DNA of 64,000 bases from Actinomycetota bacterium. Its GTDB lineage: Bacteria > Actinomycetota > UBA4738 > HRBIN12. The stretch spans positions 5,410 to 69,409 of the forward strand of contig JBBRWM010000011.1 in assembly GCA_038249195.1 (NCBI GenBank), in the 5' to 3' direction. A program made the position numbers and the translations under genes. Within the stretch, counting starts at the first letter, position 1. Every line of letters begins with the position of its first letter. Under the pieces are notes generated by a model. It made no database searches. It saw only the letters and a list, made by a program, of their open reading frames with translations, and was not told where the DNA came from. Shown piece by piece: positions 63,790 through 64,000 of this stretch.

Positions 63790-64000
63790 TCAATGGGTGC
63801 CCGCGCTGGAAGCATCGGGCACCATCCGGTCACGCTCGAAACGATCGGGCGCGAAGGGCGCGATCAGATCCGGCGTGCGTCCTGTCGCGATCATCTCGGC
63901 CATCGTGCGCCCGAAGATGGGGGACCCCTTGAACCCCCACGTGCCCATCCCGGCCATCAAGAAGAAGTTGCGGACCTCCGTTTCCCCCAGCAGCGGCGAC
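63790..64000 (-). CDS. FAD-dependent oxidoreductase (DAO/sarcosine-oxidase-beta-like), C-terminal end only; the gene continues beyond the window
   Basis: Hand translation: ..NFFLMAGMGTWGFKGSPIFGRTMAEMIATGRTPDLIAPFAPDRFERDRMVPDASSAGTH*. Confidence 0.55.
   Translation of the reverse strand, partial: SPLLGETEVRNFFLMAGMGTWGFKGSPIFGRTMAEMIATGRTPDLIAPFAPDRFERDRMVPDASSAGTH

Overview
This is a GC-rich chromosomal segment; third codon positions are almost all G/C. It looks actinobacterial, based on an F420-dependent LLM oxidoreductase, a Ddn-type deazaflavin reductase, a SARP regulator and several DUF families common in Actinomycetota. That taxonomic call is inference only. I can support about 75 protein-coding genes or gene relics on both strands. 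By eye I found no rRNA or tRNA genes, no CRISPR array, and no transposase or integrase. Most long Arg/Pro/Gly-rich ORFs in the six-frame track are alternative-frame or antisense artefacts of the GC bias. Real genes were chosen by protein-like composition, recognisable motifs, Shine-Dalgarno sequences and start/stop coupling. The content is a mixed accessory and housekeeping set:
- Cell-wall enzymes: an M15 peptidase coupled to a PBP4-type DacB.
- Second-messenger signalling: a FIST sensor plus class III adenylate cyclase, an orphan CheY receiver, and a GGDEF cyclase.
- Transporters: MFS, DMT, and FtsX/ABC.
- Redox enzymes, small secreted proteins, arfB, and a DEAD-box helicase.

The most interesting signals are:
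1. A compact three-gene cassette at 30.8-33.1 kb with a SLATT-like 2TM protein, a patatin phospholipase and a papain-fold Cys/His protein. It resembles a conflict or abortive-infection module and directly follows the FIST-cyclase-receiver cluster.
2. A high density of disrupted genes, mostly between 13.6 and 24.8 kb, with in-frame TAG/TGA codons, homopolymer frameshifts and internal deletions.
3. A five-copy 11-bp phased A-tract repeat upstream of the cfa-like methyltransferase.
4. Small ORFs of note: a BmtA/SmtA-like metallothionein, a hyper-acidic Ala/Glu/Asp protein, and a DUF1059 ORF missing from the track.
5. A NYN-LOTUS protein with an RGG-like linker next to an FtsX/ABC pair.

All family assignments come from motif recognition by eye. 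None has been checked against a database.
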